DNA of 62,997 nt, filler included, from Trichomonas gallinae (lineage: Eukaryota), in the NCBI GenBank assembly GCA_008369845.1. It is 9 parts of 9 records of this genome, joined end to end, with 100 filler letters (N's around TTAATTAATTAA, not from the genome) between each part and the next. Parts side by side here need not be neighbours in the genome. Positions count along the whole stretch, not along the records: positions 3,108 to 12,167 come from MRSU01001068.1; positions 12,268 to 14,175 come from MRSU01001069.1; positions 14,276 to 38,906 come from MRSU01001071.1; 6 more parts are not named here. The stretch is one strand, 5' to 3'. The position numbers and the translations under genes are program-made. The stretch's first letter is position 1. Each line of letters opens with the position of its first letter. The notes beneath the pieces are model-generated. The model saw only the letters and a program-made list of their open reading frames with translations, did no database searches and was not told the DNA's origin. Below, piece after piece: positions 12,023-22,645 of the stretch.

Positions 12023-12167
12023 CCTTCGGAATGAAACCGTGCAAACCCTTGTTCTCATCAAGCGCCCGAAAGCGAATTTAGCCAAGACCGGTCCCTATCA
12101 TTCGTCATCAGATTCATTCGTCTTAGAATAGATTATGAATCAGTGGTTGAAGTGTCTTAAGAAATGA
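12023..12167 (-). ncRNA. U3: Probable U3 snoRNA, 5' end lost in the gap
   Basis: Minus strand order: TCATTTCT (box A-like) at the gap edge, hinge containing CCACTGA, TGATGA (box C', 12105-12110), a UUCG-capped hairpin, second TGATGA (box C, 12055-12060), TCATT-CCGA (stem partner plus box D variant), then a T7 run. Confidence 0.68.
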
Positions 12168-12267
12168 NNNNNNNNNNNNNNNNNNNNNNNNNNNNNNNNN
12201 NNNNNNNNNNNTTAATTAATTAANNNNNNNNNNNNNNNNNNNNNNNNNNNNNNNNNNNNNNNNNNNN

Positions 12268-12423
12268 ATCATTATTGGCGAAGTTTTGCAGTCGAACAAA
12301 TTTGAAAAGTTCGTCACAAATCCACTTGTTATTCATTTAGCAGCTCCAGGTTTATTGCTTTTATTCTTGTTCAGTGTTTTTCTCGTTTTCGTGTTCATGA
12401 GTATCAAATATCTCTTGCAGTAG
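12268..12423 (+). CDS. 3' end of a gap-truncated gene with a C-terminal TM helix
   Basis: Open frame IIIGEVLQSNKFEKFVTNPLVIHLAAPGLLLLFLFSVFLVFVFMSIKYLLQ* starting directly after the gap. Confidence 0.6.
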   Translation: MIIGEVLQSNKFEKFVTNPLVIHLAAPGLLLLFLFSVFLVFVFMSIKYLLQ

Positions 12424-12743
12424 ATATAAATGTAATGAGCTATAACTAACATCGCTATTGCAAGTATATCATTTTAACATGATGTTAAACCTATTAAAAC
12501 TCTTCAATTTCGATTTTTTAGAATTCAAAATTACCAGCAATCTTTGAAATCATTTGATACAGTAAAATTAGATTTTCTTGACAATATTAAAGCGTTTTAT
12601 GCTGTTTATGGCCAGTTTTATCAGAATAATTTTGTGATTTTTTTGAAAAATGAGTAACTGCAGTTAATTTTAATACATATATGTTATATAGACTAAAACA
12701 CAGATATTTGCATTGCGTTTTGAAGTTTATGTTTTATTTTCAT

Positions 12744-13667
12744 ATGAGTTTTCTTGTTGCGATTTTTGCGAAATTCCTGTTTGTTCTGGGAATTTCTGCG
12801 CTTATCCATTCGATAAGTTACATCAAGAGGTCCATTTATGGCAACTTTGGAAGAAGAAAGAACTTCAAGAAACTTCTCGGCTCCGATTTTGTTTTAATCA
12901 CTGGCTGCAGCACTGGTTCTGGCTTAGTTCTCGCGCAGGAGATGGCGAAAGATGGCTTAAATATCATAGGAACAGGCCATAATGACGAAATTTATAAAGC
13001 ACGCGATCTTTGCACAAAATATGGAATCGAATTTATTCCAGTTGTTGCAGATTTCAAGAATAGAGATTCAGTAGACAAATTGATTGAGATTGCTAAGACA
13101 AAAGATGTTGGGGCTTTCTACTTAAACGCTGGATATCCATTGTTTAATAATTTCTTTACATTTTCTGAACAGCAAATTGCCGATTTCATGGAATCCATGA
13201 TCGTTAGCCAGGCAGTCCTTACTCATGCATTCATTCTTCAGAGCAGACAAAGAAAATCTAGAACTTTAATTTATTTAACAGCTTCAATGGCAGGACAGGC
13301 TCCATGGCCACTTGGTCAGCTTTATTGCTCCTCCAAGGCCTTCTTCTCTTCTTTGGGAAGACATCTTGCAAATGAAATGAGAATTGATTCTAAAATCTTT
13401 GTCCAAGCAATCCATCCAAGTTACTTTAGGAACTCAAACTTCATGCAAAAGCTTCCTGGACACGCTGGTGATCTTTTCCAGACATTAAACAGTTTTTACC
13501 AAACTGCTGATGAAGTTGGTAAGATTTTGTACAAGACTGCATTGAATTCAAATGCTATTGATACAAGTATTACTTCTATTGGCATCCGTCTTTTATTCTG
13601 GATACTCACTCCATTCGGCGAATATTATTTCGCAAGGCACATTGCTGCAAATACACCATTAGACTAA
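12744..13667 (+). CDS. Membrane-anchored short-chain dehydrogenase/reductase (17beta-HSD12/3-ketoacyl-CoA reductase-like)
   Basis: N-terminal TM, ITGCSTGSG Rossmann motif, LNAG, and YCSSK catalytic YxxxK. Start placed at MSFLV. Confidence 0.88.
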   Translation: MSFLVAIFAKFLFVLGISALIHSISYIKRSIYGNFGRRKNFKKLLGSDFVLITGCSTGSGLVLAQEMAKDGLNIIGTGHNDEIYKARDLCTKYGIEFIPVVADFKNRDSVDKLIEIAKTKDVGAFYLNAGYPLFNNFFTFSEQQIADFMESMIVSQAVLTHAFILQSRQRKSRTLIYLTASMAGQAPWPLGQLYCSSKAFFSSLGRHLANEMRIDSKIFVQAIHPSYFRNSNFMQKLPGHAGDLFQTLNSFYQTADEVGKILYKTALNSNAIDTSITSIGIRLLFWILTPFGEYYFARHIAANTPLD

Positions 13668-14104
13668 ACATACTGCATATCTTCATAAAGAATGTATGAT
13701 ATGCATAAAAAGTCAATTTTTAAAATCTTTTCTAATATCGGGAGATTTGGTGAGTATAATCCTTGTAAGGGCGGTGCTTTGTCATCCAAAAATGTAGTGA
13801 ACTTTCTCTCCATAGAATCATCATATAAATGGAAAGGGGGAAATAAAACGAAAATGATTAATAACAAATTGCAAATATGGTGATTCATTTTTTAAAAAAC
13901 TTTTGATGAAATTATAATATATAAAGCTTCATTCTATTCTATGTTTGTGACAGATGGTAGTACTTTAAAAAGGTGTTAGTGGCATGTCTCAAAATCATTT
14001 CTATCATAAGATATTGATGTGTGCATTTGCTCAATCATTTTGCTTTTGATATTTAAAAGTTATTGATTGTAAAGCATAGAGTAATAATCTATTAAATATT
14101 TTAA

Positions 14105-14175
14105 GGGGGTAGGTTTGAATAGTTTACATTTTTATACTTGTTTGCTTCCTAACGCCTCATAGTCGAGCATTAGCT
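14105..14175 (+). mobile_element. DNA transposon terminus, TTAA-flanked (Kolobok-like)
   Basis: TTAA|GGGGGTAGGTTTGAATAGTTTACA runs into a gap. The same 24-mer (1 mismatch) is inverted at 48526-48549. Sequence resumes after the gap with TTAA at 14276. Confidence 0.72.
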
Positions 14176-14916
14176 NNNNNNNNNNNNNNNNNNNNNNNNN
14201 NNNNNNNNNNNNNNNNNNNTTAATTAATTAANNNNNNNNNNNNNNNNNNNNNNNNNNNNNNNNNNNNNNNNNNNNTTAAAAAAAAAAAAAAAAAAAAAAA
14301 AAACAATGTCATTACCAGTATTAAATTATAATTGAGTCCGTTAAATTGATAGGAGCAACGATTAAAAACGGTTATTTCTTCCAAATTTAATTGAGAGCGA
14401 ATCGCATTAAATAGTCCCTATATATGATTATCTATGATATTGAAAGTTGGCCACCGAGCCATTGACGACAATCTTTCTCTGTGTTAAGATTTGCATGTTA
14501 TCGCCTTATGGATTATATACTCTCATTATATATCTGTAGATCGTTAGGTTTAAATTCAATTATATCTTATTTATAGCAATCATAATATATATAATCGAAA
14601 TTGAATTGCTTTAGGCATATCATCACTCATGTACTGCATTTTATTGTATGTTCTTGTGTGAAATGTATTGTTCATTTGGATCAATACAGTTTTATTAGAA
14701 TCAAAATTATAATATTTTACGCAAAGGCTAAATAACAAATGATATAAATGTTACTGGTCTGGAAAACATCATACTGCATCGCAAGTATTGTTCTTCCAAT
14801 ATTATATGAAAATAAAAAATATCAAAAAAAAAAAGAATACCAGATTAATTCAATACAATATCTTTACAAAACATTACAATAATATCAGTATATAAGTATC
14901 CCTCAAAGGAATAATA

Positions 14917-16014
14917 TTATAAAAATTGGACGTCTTCAAACGAGCTATTAAATGTGGGAGTTAGAATAGATCTATTAAATCTTGCTTTGACTGTAGCTTG
15001 AGGTAATTTATGCTGGAATGTACTAGATACACATCTTAAACACGTTTGAACACTCACTGGGCCTTCATCTTCGAACTCAGGGAATTCTCCTATCGACGCA
15101 CATGCGCTTATCGTCCTTTTCACCGGTGACCAATTCAATCCAGTAGACATTGACTTTTTGATTAGACCTCTGGGTATCGGTTGATCAGATTTTTTGAAGA
15201 AAGGATGCTCTGCTAGTTGTTTCATTGTTATTCTTTTATCCGGATCTACTACTATCATTAATGAAATTATTTCCTTGACATCAGGTGGAACAGATTTCGG
15301 CAATTTGTATATTCCACGCTGTGCTAGTTGCCTCATACCACCCAATGAGTCACTTCTCCAAGGTGACATACCTGAAATTAATATAGCAAATGTGACTCCT
15401 AAAGCCCATACATCTCCTTTAATAGGGTCGTTAGGTTTCTTCAAGAAAATCTCTGGAGCTGTGAATTCATTAGAGCCAGAAAAAGCTTTATATAACTGTC
15501 CATTCGATGTTCTAAGGCAAAGACCAAAATCACTTAATTTAGCACGCTTATATTCATCTAAAAGTATATTTCCTGGCTTTATATCTCTGTGTGCGATGCC
15601 ATGCTCATGACAATAAAGTAATGCGGAGACGATTTGTGATGCAATTGTTTGAAATCTTGGATAACTTAAACCCATTTTTTCACTAATTTCGTCACATAAA
15701 CTTCCATTGGCGCAGTATTCGAGAATATAATAAAATTGAGTACCAATTTGAAAGTGATCATATAATCGAATAATATGAGGATGATTTAAAGTCGATAATG
15801 CTGTTGTTTCTGCATCGAATATGTCCCAGGTCTTCTGTACTTCGGTTTCGTCGACTGTCATGACCTTCGCTACAAATTTTTGATTAAATTTTATAGATTC
15901 TACTAAGTAAACTTCGGCAAAACCTCCTCGCCCTATAACTGATATGAACTTATAATCCTTAACGGTGAATGGCAAAGCTGTAGATCGTGCAACATTCAGC
16001 TTTGACAAGTTCAT
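14917..16014 (-). CDS. CAMK-family Ser/Thr protein kinase
   Basis: GRGGFAEV, VAK, HRDIKPGN, DFG, APE, DVWALG. Confidence 0.95.
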   Translation of the reverse strand: MNLSKLNVARSTALPFTVKDYKFISVIGRGGFAEVYLVESIKFNQKFVAKVMTVDETEVQKTWDIFDAETTALSTLNHPHIIRLYDHFQIGTQFYYILEYCANGSLCDEISEKMGLSYPRFQTIASQIVSALLYCHEHGIAHRDIKPGNILLDEYKRAKLSDFGLCLRTSNGQLYKAFSGSNEFTAPEIFLKKPNDPIKGDVWALGVTFAILISGMSPWRSDSLGGMRQLAQRGIYKLPKSVPPDVKEIISLMIVVDPDKRITMKQLAEHPFFKKSDQPIPRGLIKKSMSTGLNWSPVKRTISACASIGEFPEFEDEGPVSVQTCLRCVSSTFQHKLPQATVKARFNRSILTPTFNSSFEDVQFL

Positions 16015-17012
16015 ATTGTATTTTTTGATGTTGCACGTTTTTCCTCAATTTTACACTGTCACTTTTATTGGATAGAAATTTGATGATTATTTTGATCTTT
16101 ATGAGTAAACGAAGACCCGAAGAATTTAACTCGTCACTTTTATTTTCCTGCATTGAAAAAATAAATTGAACATTTATGGTTTTACTCGTATTCTATGATA
16201 CGTAATATAATAACTTTTCATATATAACTGATATCCACCATTTGAAAGTGAGCGTAATGTTACGTATTTATTAGAAATAACATGTTGGATATAATTCCCA
16301 TCCTATAGTGGATTAATATATAAAGTATTTCCTATAAATAACGAGTTTTTTTTAAATTCTGTAATTAGTAGGTCGAGTGATTTATATTATAGTACTATGC
16401 GTGCACCTGATGAAAAATACAGCTTTCTATATTCAAAGAATTGATAGTTGGAAATCAGATTGTTCTGGATTTGCTGCCATCAGCAATGGTTTATTAATAT
16501 ATGTCTAGTCATGCAAGGTGAGATAGAATCAATCCGTAATTTCTTGTGAATAGTAGTATTGTCGATGAACGGGAAATTCAATTGAATGACTAGGGTGGAT
16601 TACAAATTATCTATATAGCATGTGAAAAATCAGCAGAAATAGAGCAGTTTTACAAAGCATAATTGAGTATGAAACCAATTTCTAATATATTATAAGCTCA
16701 TTATCAAAAATAGCAAATTTGGTTTATATGATTTAGTTCAGATACATCATATGATGATAAAGAGCAATTATCTTATATCAAAAACTCGATCATAAAAAAA
16801 ATTGATTATACTAAAGGCATTCTTCGAAAATAAAGTTAGCCAAACGATTCTAATGAGGCTTCCAATGGCAATAAAGCGGGAATAATGACTGCAAACCGTT
16901 TCTTTAACAACTTTTAATGACTGTCAAAATCTAAAGTAAACGGTCAGAAAATCATAAAAATTTCGACACGTAAGTAAATTCTTGACATGTAAATTTTGCT
17001 ATTTCTAAGATT

Positions 17013-18503
17013 ATGCTTGATTTACTGGAAAACATAGATCAAGCAGCAGAAACACAGGACAATGACATTATAGAGTACAATAATACTCTATTTGACCGAA
17101 TTTCTGCTTCTGATATACGTATTTTAACATATATCTTGATTGCATTTTTCGCTGCAATATTTATTTTCACTTTTAAAACCAAATACATTGAAGTACAAGA
17201 ACCAAAGAATCTTAAAATGCGACATGATGCGAAAAAAGCAGTAAGATTTTCAGTGAATACATCTTTATCTAATTCTATACCTTATTCACTATTAGAATAC
17301 AGATTACTTACAAATGAAGATGTTGTTAATAAAACCGTTGTTTGGAATGTTAAAGTTACTGCTTTATATTATGATAAAATAGGAAATCTAATGCGTGAAA
17401 TGGAAAACAGAAACTGGCACGAGTTCAATGCAAACGAGACATTCCATGCATTACACTTTGCACAGATGAAAAAAGCATCAAAACTTCAAATTACTATGAT
17501 AGCGAATGCTGACAAGGATTGGCTTAGATACGTTGAAGCTAGATGGACAGTTGGTATCAAGTCTGCATATGCAATAGCATCTAACATTCATGCGATATAT
17601 TTTATTTTTTATATTACGTGTTTTTCTATTTTCATTATAAGTTCAATAAGAAATAAGTTTAGGAAGCGTGCGAAATTATGTTTAGTTTTACTAATTACTG
17701 GTTTATTTTCAGAAATCCCATTTGAATTATTAAGAATCAGCTATTTATTCTCGCAAATGTACAGAGATATTTTCTACAACATTACATTCGGTCTGTTATT
17801 CTTGTTTAATGCCTACAGAGTTCATGATTTCGATACAAAAAAATGCTCGATAAGGAAAAACAGCAAAGTTTTTTTGTTTGGAACAGTTATTACTCTATTA
17901 GGACCCTTCAGGATATTGACAAGACACATGACTCTATATTCATTGCCTTCTCTCCCAGATTCATCTGATCCTGATGCCCAAGATTTGCTCGCGAGAAACA
18001 CTTTAGAGTTGATGTATTTTTACTGTTTTTTCCAGCTTTTCACTGCTCTCGAAGAGAAGATTTCGAAGAAGAAATACGAGGAATATGAGAAGTTCCTCAT
18101 ACAGTATTATATTATCATTTTTGCAGCTGGCTTCTCCTTGATCTATGGAATGAAGAACTTCAAGAAAAAGTTCATTGTTCCAGATCCTGTCCAAGGAGCT
18201 TTAATCCACGGTGCTTGGCATTTAGCCATATTCCTTGAGTCTATTTTATCTATCCAGATGGGAGATGAGCCTGTTAATGACTTTGACTACGAAATTGATA
18301 ACGAAACACTCGAAAGAAGAATGAAATTAAAACAGATTGAAATCGAAGAAGAATCTTATACAGAGTATTCAAAGAAGGAAATTAACGATGAAGGAAGCAA
18401 ATCTGTCAATAATAACAATGACGAAAATGTCAATAATGAATCACTAGAGAAAAATATAAATGATAATAACATTGATGAAAAGTCCAACATTGAATCACGT
18501 TAG
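17013..18503 (+). CDS. Multi-pass membrane protein (possibly TMEM181/Wntless-like) with Asn/Asp/Glu repeat tail
   Basis: One N-terminal TM, a luminal domain, about 7 TMs and an acidic repeat tail. The family guess rests on topology only. Confidence 0.8.
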   Translation: MLDLLENIDQAAETQDNDIIEYNNTLFDRISASDIRILTYILIAFFAAIFIFTFKTKYIEVQEPKNLKMRHDAKKAVRFSVNTSLSNSIPYSLLEYRLLTNEDVVNKTVVWNVKVTALYYDKIGNLMREMENRNWHEFNANETFHALHFAQMKKASKLQITMIANADKDWLRYVEARWTVGIKSAYAIASNIHAIYFIFYITCFSIFIISSIRNKFRKRAKLCLVLLITGLFSEIPFELLRISYLFSQMYRDIFYNITFGLLFLFNAYRVHDFDTKKCSIRKNSKVFLFGTVITLLGPFRILTRHMTLYSLPSLPDSSDPDAQDLLARNTLELMYFYCFFQLFTALEEKISKKKYEEYEKFLIQYYIIIFAAGFSLIYGMKNFKKKFIVPDPVQGALIHGAWHLAIFLESILSIQMGDEPVNDFDYEIDNETLERRMKLKQIEIEEESYTEYSKKEINDEGSKSVNNNNDENVNNESLEKNINDNNIDEKSNIESR

Positions 18504-18846
18504 AAAGATATAAATGATAACAATATTGATGAAAAATCAGCAGAAGAAAATATCAATGATAACAATAGCTATTGTGAAAAGAAAGTTAATGAAAATAATA
18601 ACCTTGAAGACAAGATTATTGACGAATCATTAAATGAAGTCGTCAATGATAATGATTAATTTCAATTAATTCTCTTAGAATTCAATATTTTTGATGGTTA
18701 ACCAATATTATTCAGTTATAGAATGTTTTTGATGAGTTATTCTGCCATTTGATGAATAACAGACTCATTAATTTTATTTGTTTGTTCTTATTATATTAAA
18801 AATATTATGATTCATGAAAATTCAAACAATTTATAACAATAACAAA

Positions 18847-19350
18847 TTATTTTCTACAAACTAAGCAGCCAACAGCAGGAATATATGGATTTTTGCATTT
18901 TTCGCATGTTTTGTAAATTTGCTGATTTTGATCCAATGTTATATGACTTGCACAATAATTAAAGCCTGGAATTGCATAATTAATGCAATTTTCAATTTCG
19001 CATATTTTATAATTCGAATTTTGACAGATTTCTTGTCGCCATTGGTGTCTCTGTTTCTGAAGAGCATATATTTGTTCTTCATTTCCGTTGATTAATGTTT
19101 CGAGAATTAATTTATAATCATGAGCTATTTGATCCTTTTTATGAGCGACATCTTCTTTTGATAATAGATTTGATCGTGTTCTTATGTATTCTTTATCTAT
19201 TTCCGATTTTTTAATATCTGTTGATTGATTGCATTCGAAGTCTTTCACATTCATTGGATTTTCAACAATTATAGCATCTTCCGGAGGCTGCTCAGTTGGA
19301 ATCGGAAGATTTAAACGTTGAAAATGTTGTGCTAATTGATTCGATTTCAT
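18847..19350 (-). CDS. KANSL2/INO80D-type C3H zinc-finger protein
   Basis: CEIENCINYAIPGFNYCASHITLDQNQQIYKTCEKC matches the zf-C3Hc3H spacing with the DxxQxxYxxC signature. Confidence 0.7.
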   Translation of the reverse strand: MKSNQLAQHFQRLNLPIPTEQPPEDAIIVENPMNVKDFECNQSTDIKKSEIDKEYIRTRSNLLSKEDVAHKKDQIAHDYKLILETLINGNEEQIYALQKQRHQWRQEICQNSNYKICEIENCINYAIPGFNYCASHITLDQNQQIYKTCEKCKNPYIPAVGCLVCRK

Positions 19351-19896
19351 TTTTTAATTTGACGATTATTTTGCTTTCAATCTTTTTAGCTTGACATGTA
19401 AAGTGTTAAAATATTTTGACAAAATGCATTTTTATTTTTTTCAAAAGAATAAAAATCATTTCCAATTAAGCAATTCCTTAGCAAATCCATCAATGAATCC
19501 TCTTATAACTATATAGTCTATTGCCAAAGTTTGGGGCAAATCAGCTGTGCAGCTCTGAGGTATTATAACATATCCATTTCATTAAATCAAATGAAATGTT
19601 ATCATTTTCATATATAAACAAGATTTGCACTATTGGAGCTAACCACAATATAAAGAAATACAATAAGTCCTTTCAATCAACATTCAAAACTTATTTTTAT
19701 TAATCATAGACAAAGTTATTCCATTTGCAAAACGACACTGATTTGAATAAAAAAAAAATCTAAATATGTCATGTAATGTGTCAAATAATTAGAAAATCTG
19801 ACACTGAGTTTGTTTCTTTGAGATTTACCTCTTTTTCTAGGTGAATCTATTATTCCTGGATTTATAGAAACATAAAAAGCCAAAAAAAAAAAAACA

Positions 19897-20799
19897 ATGT
19901 TGAAGAAAATGTTTGAGGATGCAAAGCAAACAAAATGTCCTTCATATCAAAGTTTTGAGGGAGAATTAGTTGGACCAACAACTTTGCCGCCAAATAGTTC
20001 TTTTGAGATCGTATGTACTAAGAAATTGAAAGATTATGGAAATTTAATTGGTGTTTTTTCCATGAAACCAAGAATGTATCCGGTTAAATACGCTGACCAG
20101 GCTGGAGAACAGAAGTATCCTGGAAATGCAGCTTTAAATTTCAGCACAGAAAAATTTGGATTTCCAATTTCGATTGATATTGCACGAGACTCACCAATTT
20201 TATTCTCAACGACGCTTCCAATCATTGATAATCTTGATATGTCTCTTTCTACTACATTAGAAAGACAAATGAAATTATCTTTTACTTTAAACCACGCAAA
20301 TCCATATACAAATATATCGTTTAATTATTCCTTAGCTAATTCATTCAAGCATATATTATACGATATTAGAATTGCTTCGGGCATTTCCAAAAAATATTTT
20401 GCAGGTTTTGGAGCCACATTTTCATCAAATGGACCATCAGAGTACAATTTACTTGCATCAGTGCCACTAAAAAAGATCAATACTGGTTTCCTTGTTACAG
20501 CAAAAGGATTAAATTATTTATTATCTTTTATTGCTACCAGTTATGTTTCTGACCACACAATAGCAAGTACAGTGCTCCAAATTGATCCAAAAACACTTCG
20601 TTCTGATCTATTATTTGGATATCAAAGATCCTTCATGAGTTCCAGAGTTTTCGCTGTTGTCAATTCAAGAGGATCAATGGGATCCGTTTTCCAGAAAGAT
20701 TTCAGTGAAAAATATTCAATTATTATTTCTTCTTTCGCAGATCACTTCCAGAAGCTTTATTCCCTTGGTATTTCTCTCGCCATAAGAGATACCAACTAA
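19897..20799 (+). CDS. tom40: Tom40/eukaryotic porin-family beta-barrel (hydrogenosomal outer membrane)
   Basis: 300 aa of alternating amphipathic beta-strands ending in a beta-signal-like strand (ADHFQKLYSLGISLAI). Confidence 0.7.
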   Translation: MLKKMFEDAKQTKCPSYQSFEGELVGPTTLPPNSSFEIVCTKKLKDYGNLIGVFSMKPRMYPVKYADQAGEQKYPGNAALNFSTEKFGFPISIDIARDSPILFSTTLPIIDNLDMSLSTTLERQMKLSFTLNHANPYTNISFNYSLANSFKHILYDIRIASGISKKYFAGFGATFSSNGPSEYNLLASVPLKKINTGFLVTAKGLNYLLSFIATSYVSDHTIASTVLQIDPKTLRSDLLFGYQRSFMSSRVFAVVNSRGSMGSVFQKDFSEKYSIIISSFADHFQKLYSLGISLAIRDTN

Positions 20800-20959
20800 T
20801 ATATTATTTGTTATTCAATATTATTAATATGAGATATAATTATTTACAAGAATACTAGAAAAGATTGATGAGGAATGAAATTTAATATGATTTTCATTGT
20901 TATTTTATGTATATTTTAATGATAAACAACAATATTATTTATTTATATTCATGAACAAA

Positions 20960-22645
20960 TTAAGCTAATTCTATTCCATCTTCTTCGTTCTCTTCTCCAG
21001 AAGAAATATCTACTGTTTCTCCAGAATCAATATCTTCGTCTTCCATGCTAAGGTTTTCTGGAACAATTTCTTCTGAATTATCTTCTTCCTCTTGGTCTTT
21101 CTTCTTCTTCCTCATTGCATAAATGATGGCAGCAAGAACACCAACAAGAGATGCAATGACAACAGCAGCGACAACAGCTATGATGATCCATTTCTTCTCA
21201 ACAATTGTAGCAAATGGTTTATCTTCATCTTTACCATAAATATATCCTTTGCCTTCTGATTTTGCTGGTGTCGAAATAGGCGATTCTATTGGTGTCAGTG
21301 CTGGAGTGTCATATGGAGTCTCTACTGGAGTTGTGTTTGGCGTTGACGATGGTGTCTCAACAGGAGTTTCAACTGGTGTTGTTGATGGAGTCATGGATGG
21401 TGTTGATGATGGCGTCTCAGAGGGTGTCTCAACAGGAGTTGTTGAAGGTGTAGATGATGGTGTTTGTGTAGGTGTAGTATTTGGTGTAGATGATGGTGTT
21501 TGTGTAGGTGTAGTATTTGGTGTCGATGAAGGCGTGCTTGAAGGTGTTAAAGATGGTGTGGAAAAAGGTGTCGATGAAGGTGTACAAGATGGTGTTTTAG
21601 AAGGAGTCTTCGATGGTGTGTTTGATGGTGTACTAGATGGTGTCCTTGGCGGAATTGGTTTAGGCGACTGTGATGGAGAAGGTGGGGGAGTCGGTGGTGG
21701 TGGTTTAGTGACTGTGATTTGGTAGCTGTAGCTCTCTGAGTGTATATTGATGTCGTCTACAGCATGAATTGTTAATATGTGAGTGCCAGGAGCAGCTGAT
21801 GATGGGATTATGAATGAACCAGAAAATGAATTCGTCTTCATTGATATGTCCAAATTGCTGACAATTGTGGCTTCATTTCCGTTGTCAATAGAAACTTTGA
21901 TGAATCCTTTTCTGTAAGCATCGTAGTGTTGTAGGGTTCCCGTGAATCCAACTGATGCTCCAGCCATAAAAGAGCCTGTTGGAAATCTTGTGACTGAGAG
22001 AATTGGGTGGTTGTTGAATTGGCCGAAACCAAGAATGAAAGAAAGCTCTACCTTCTGGCCAGGATCAAGCCATTTGTCCTGCCATGCTAAGGCCATGGCG
22101 GAATCTACATTTCTCAGATCGGAATAAGTGGGACTGTTTCCTGTGCCTGATGACCAAATTTTGTAAAATCTCCAAGTTGTTTCGCCGTACCAATATGTGT
22201 CAACATTTGTAACTCCGTATGTGTCTCTTAAGAAGACTTCAATAGCTGTATTTCCGTCCTTCATTGTGAATCCTCTATTTCTGTTCATGTTGGATATAGG
22301 GGCGTGATCATTATTATCAAGCTGGATATCGCCGACAGTAGCCAATGAGAACTTTTGTCTGTAACGGTTGTTGTTTGTAACCGTGTAAATGATCCTTATG
22401 TACTTTTCTCCCCAAGGTTCTGATCTTGTTGAAAATGACAAGCCTCCTAAATCCTTTTTGCCGTTCTGTGTGATGTATTCTGGCCATTTGCTATCAGGCC
22501 AGTCTCCTACTTTAATGTAAGTCTCGTAACCATCGTTGTCAAAGGTTGTCTTCTTTCCATCATTGTGGATATTGAAGTTGTGGGTGCCATCGGACCTGAA
22601 ACTGAACTGCAGGACCATCAAAGAGAACGCAACATTCAGGAACAT
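20960..22645 (-). CDS. Type I surface protein: N-terminal globular domain, Ig-like domain, Thr-Pro-Ser mucin stalk, TM, acidic tail
   Basis: Hydrophobic N-terminus, GTHILTIHAVD Ig-like strand, (TPSx)n repeats, TM WIIIAVVAAVVIASLVGVLAAIIYAM. Confidence 0.9.
   Translation of the reverse strand: MFLNVAFSLMVLQFSFRSDGTHNFNIHNDGKKTTFDNDGYETYIKVGDWPDSKWPEYITQNGKKDLGGLSFSTRSEPWGEKYIRIIYTVTNNNRYRQKFSLATVGDIQLDNNDHAPISNMNRNRGFTMKDGNTAIEVFLRDTYGVTNVDTYWYGETTWRFYKIWSSGTGNSPTYSDLRNVDSAMALAWQDKWLDPGQKVELSFILGFGQFNNHPILSVTRFPTGSFMAGASVGFTGTLQHYDAYRKGFIKVSIDNGNEATIVSNLDISMKTNSFSGSFIIPSSAAPGTHILTIHAVDDINIHSESYSYQITVTKPPPPTPPPSPSQSPKPIPPRTPSSTPSNTPSKTPSKTPSCTPSSTPFSTPSLTPSSTPSSTPNTTPTQTPSSTPNTTPTQTPSSTPSTTPVETPSETPSSTPSMTPSTTPVETPVETPSSTPNTTPVETPYDTPALTPIESPISTPAKSEGKGYIYGKDEDKPFATIVEKKWIIIAVVAAVVIASLVGVLAAIIYAMRKKKKDQEEEDNSEEIVPENLSMEDEDIDSGETVDISSGEENEEDGIELA
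21270..21705 (-). repeat. Coding 12-nt tandem repeats (TPxx)n
   Basis: Degenerate 4-codon periodicity, including a near-exact TPSSTPNTTPTQ duplication. Confidence 0.85.

Noticed and set aside
12430..12460. Other ACTAAC branch-point-like words (e.g. 161, 12445, 49293 minus)
   Set aside because: None has the fixed ACTAAC-to-AG spacing together with a matching donor and a restored frame.
21249..21725. GVxx-repeat ORFs here and at 24730-24981, or a CRISPR-like array
   Set aside because: They are the antisense reading of TP repeats; there is no repeat-spacer structure and the context is eukaryotic.
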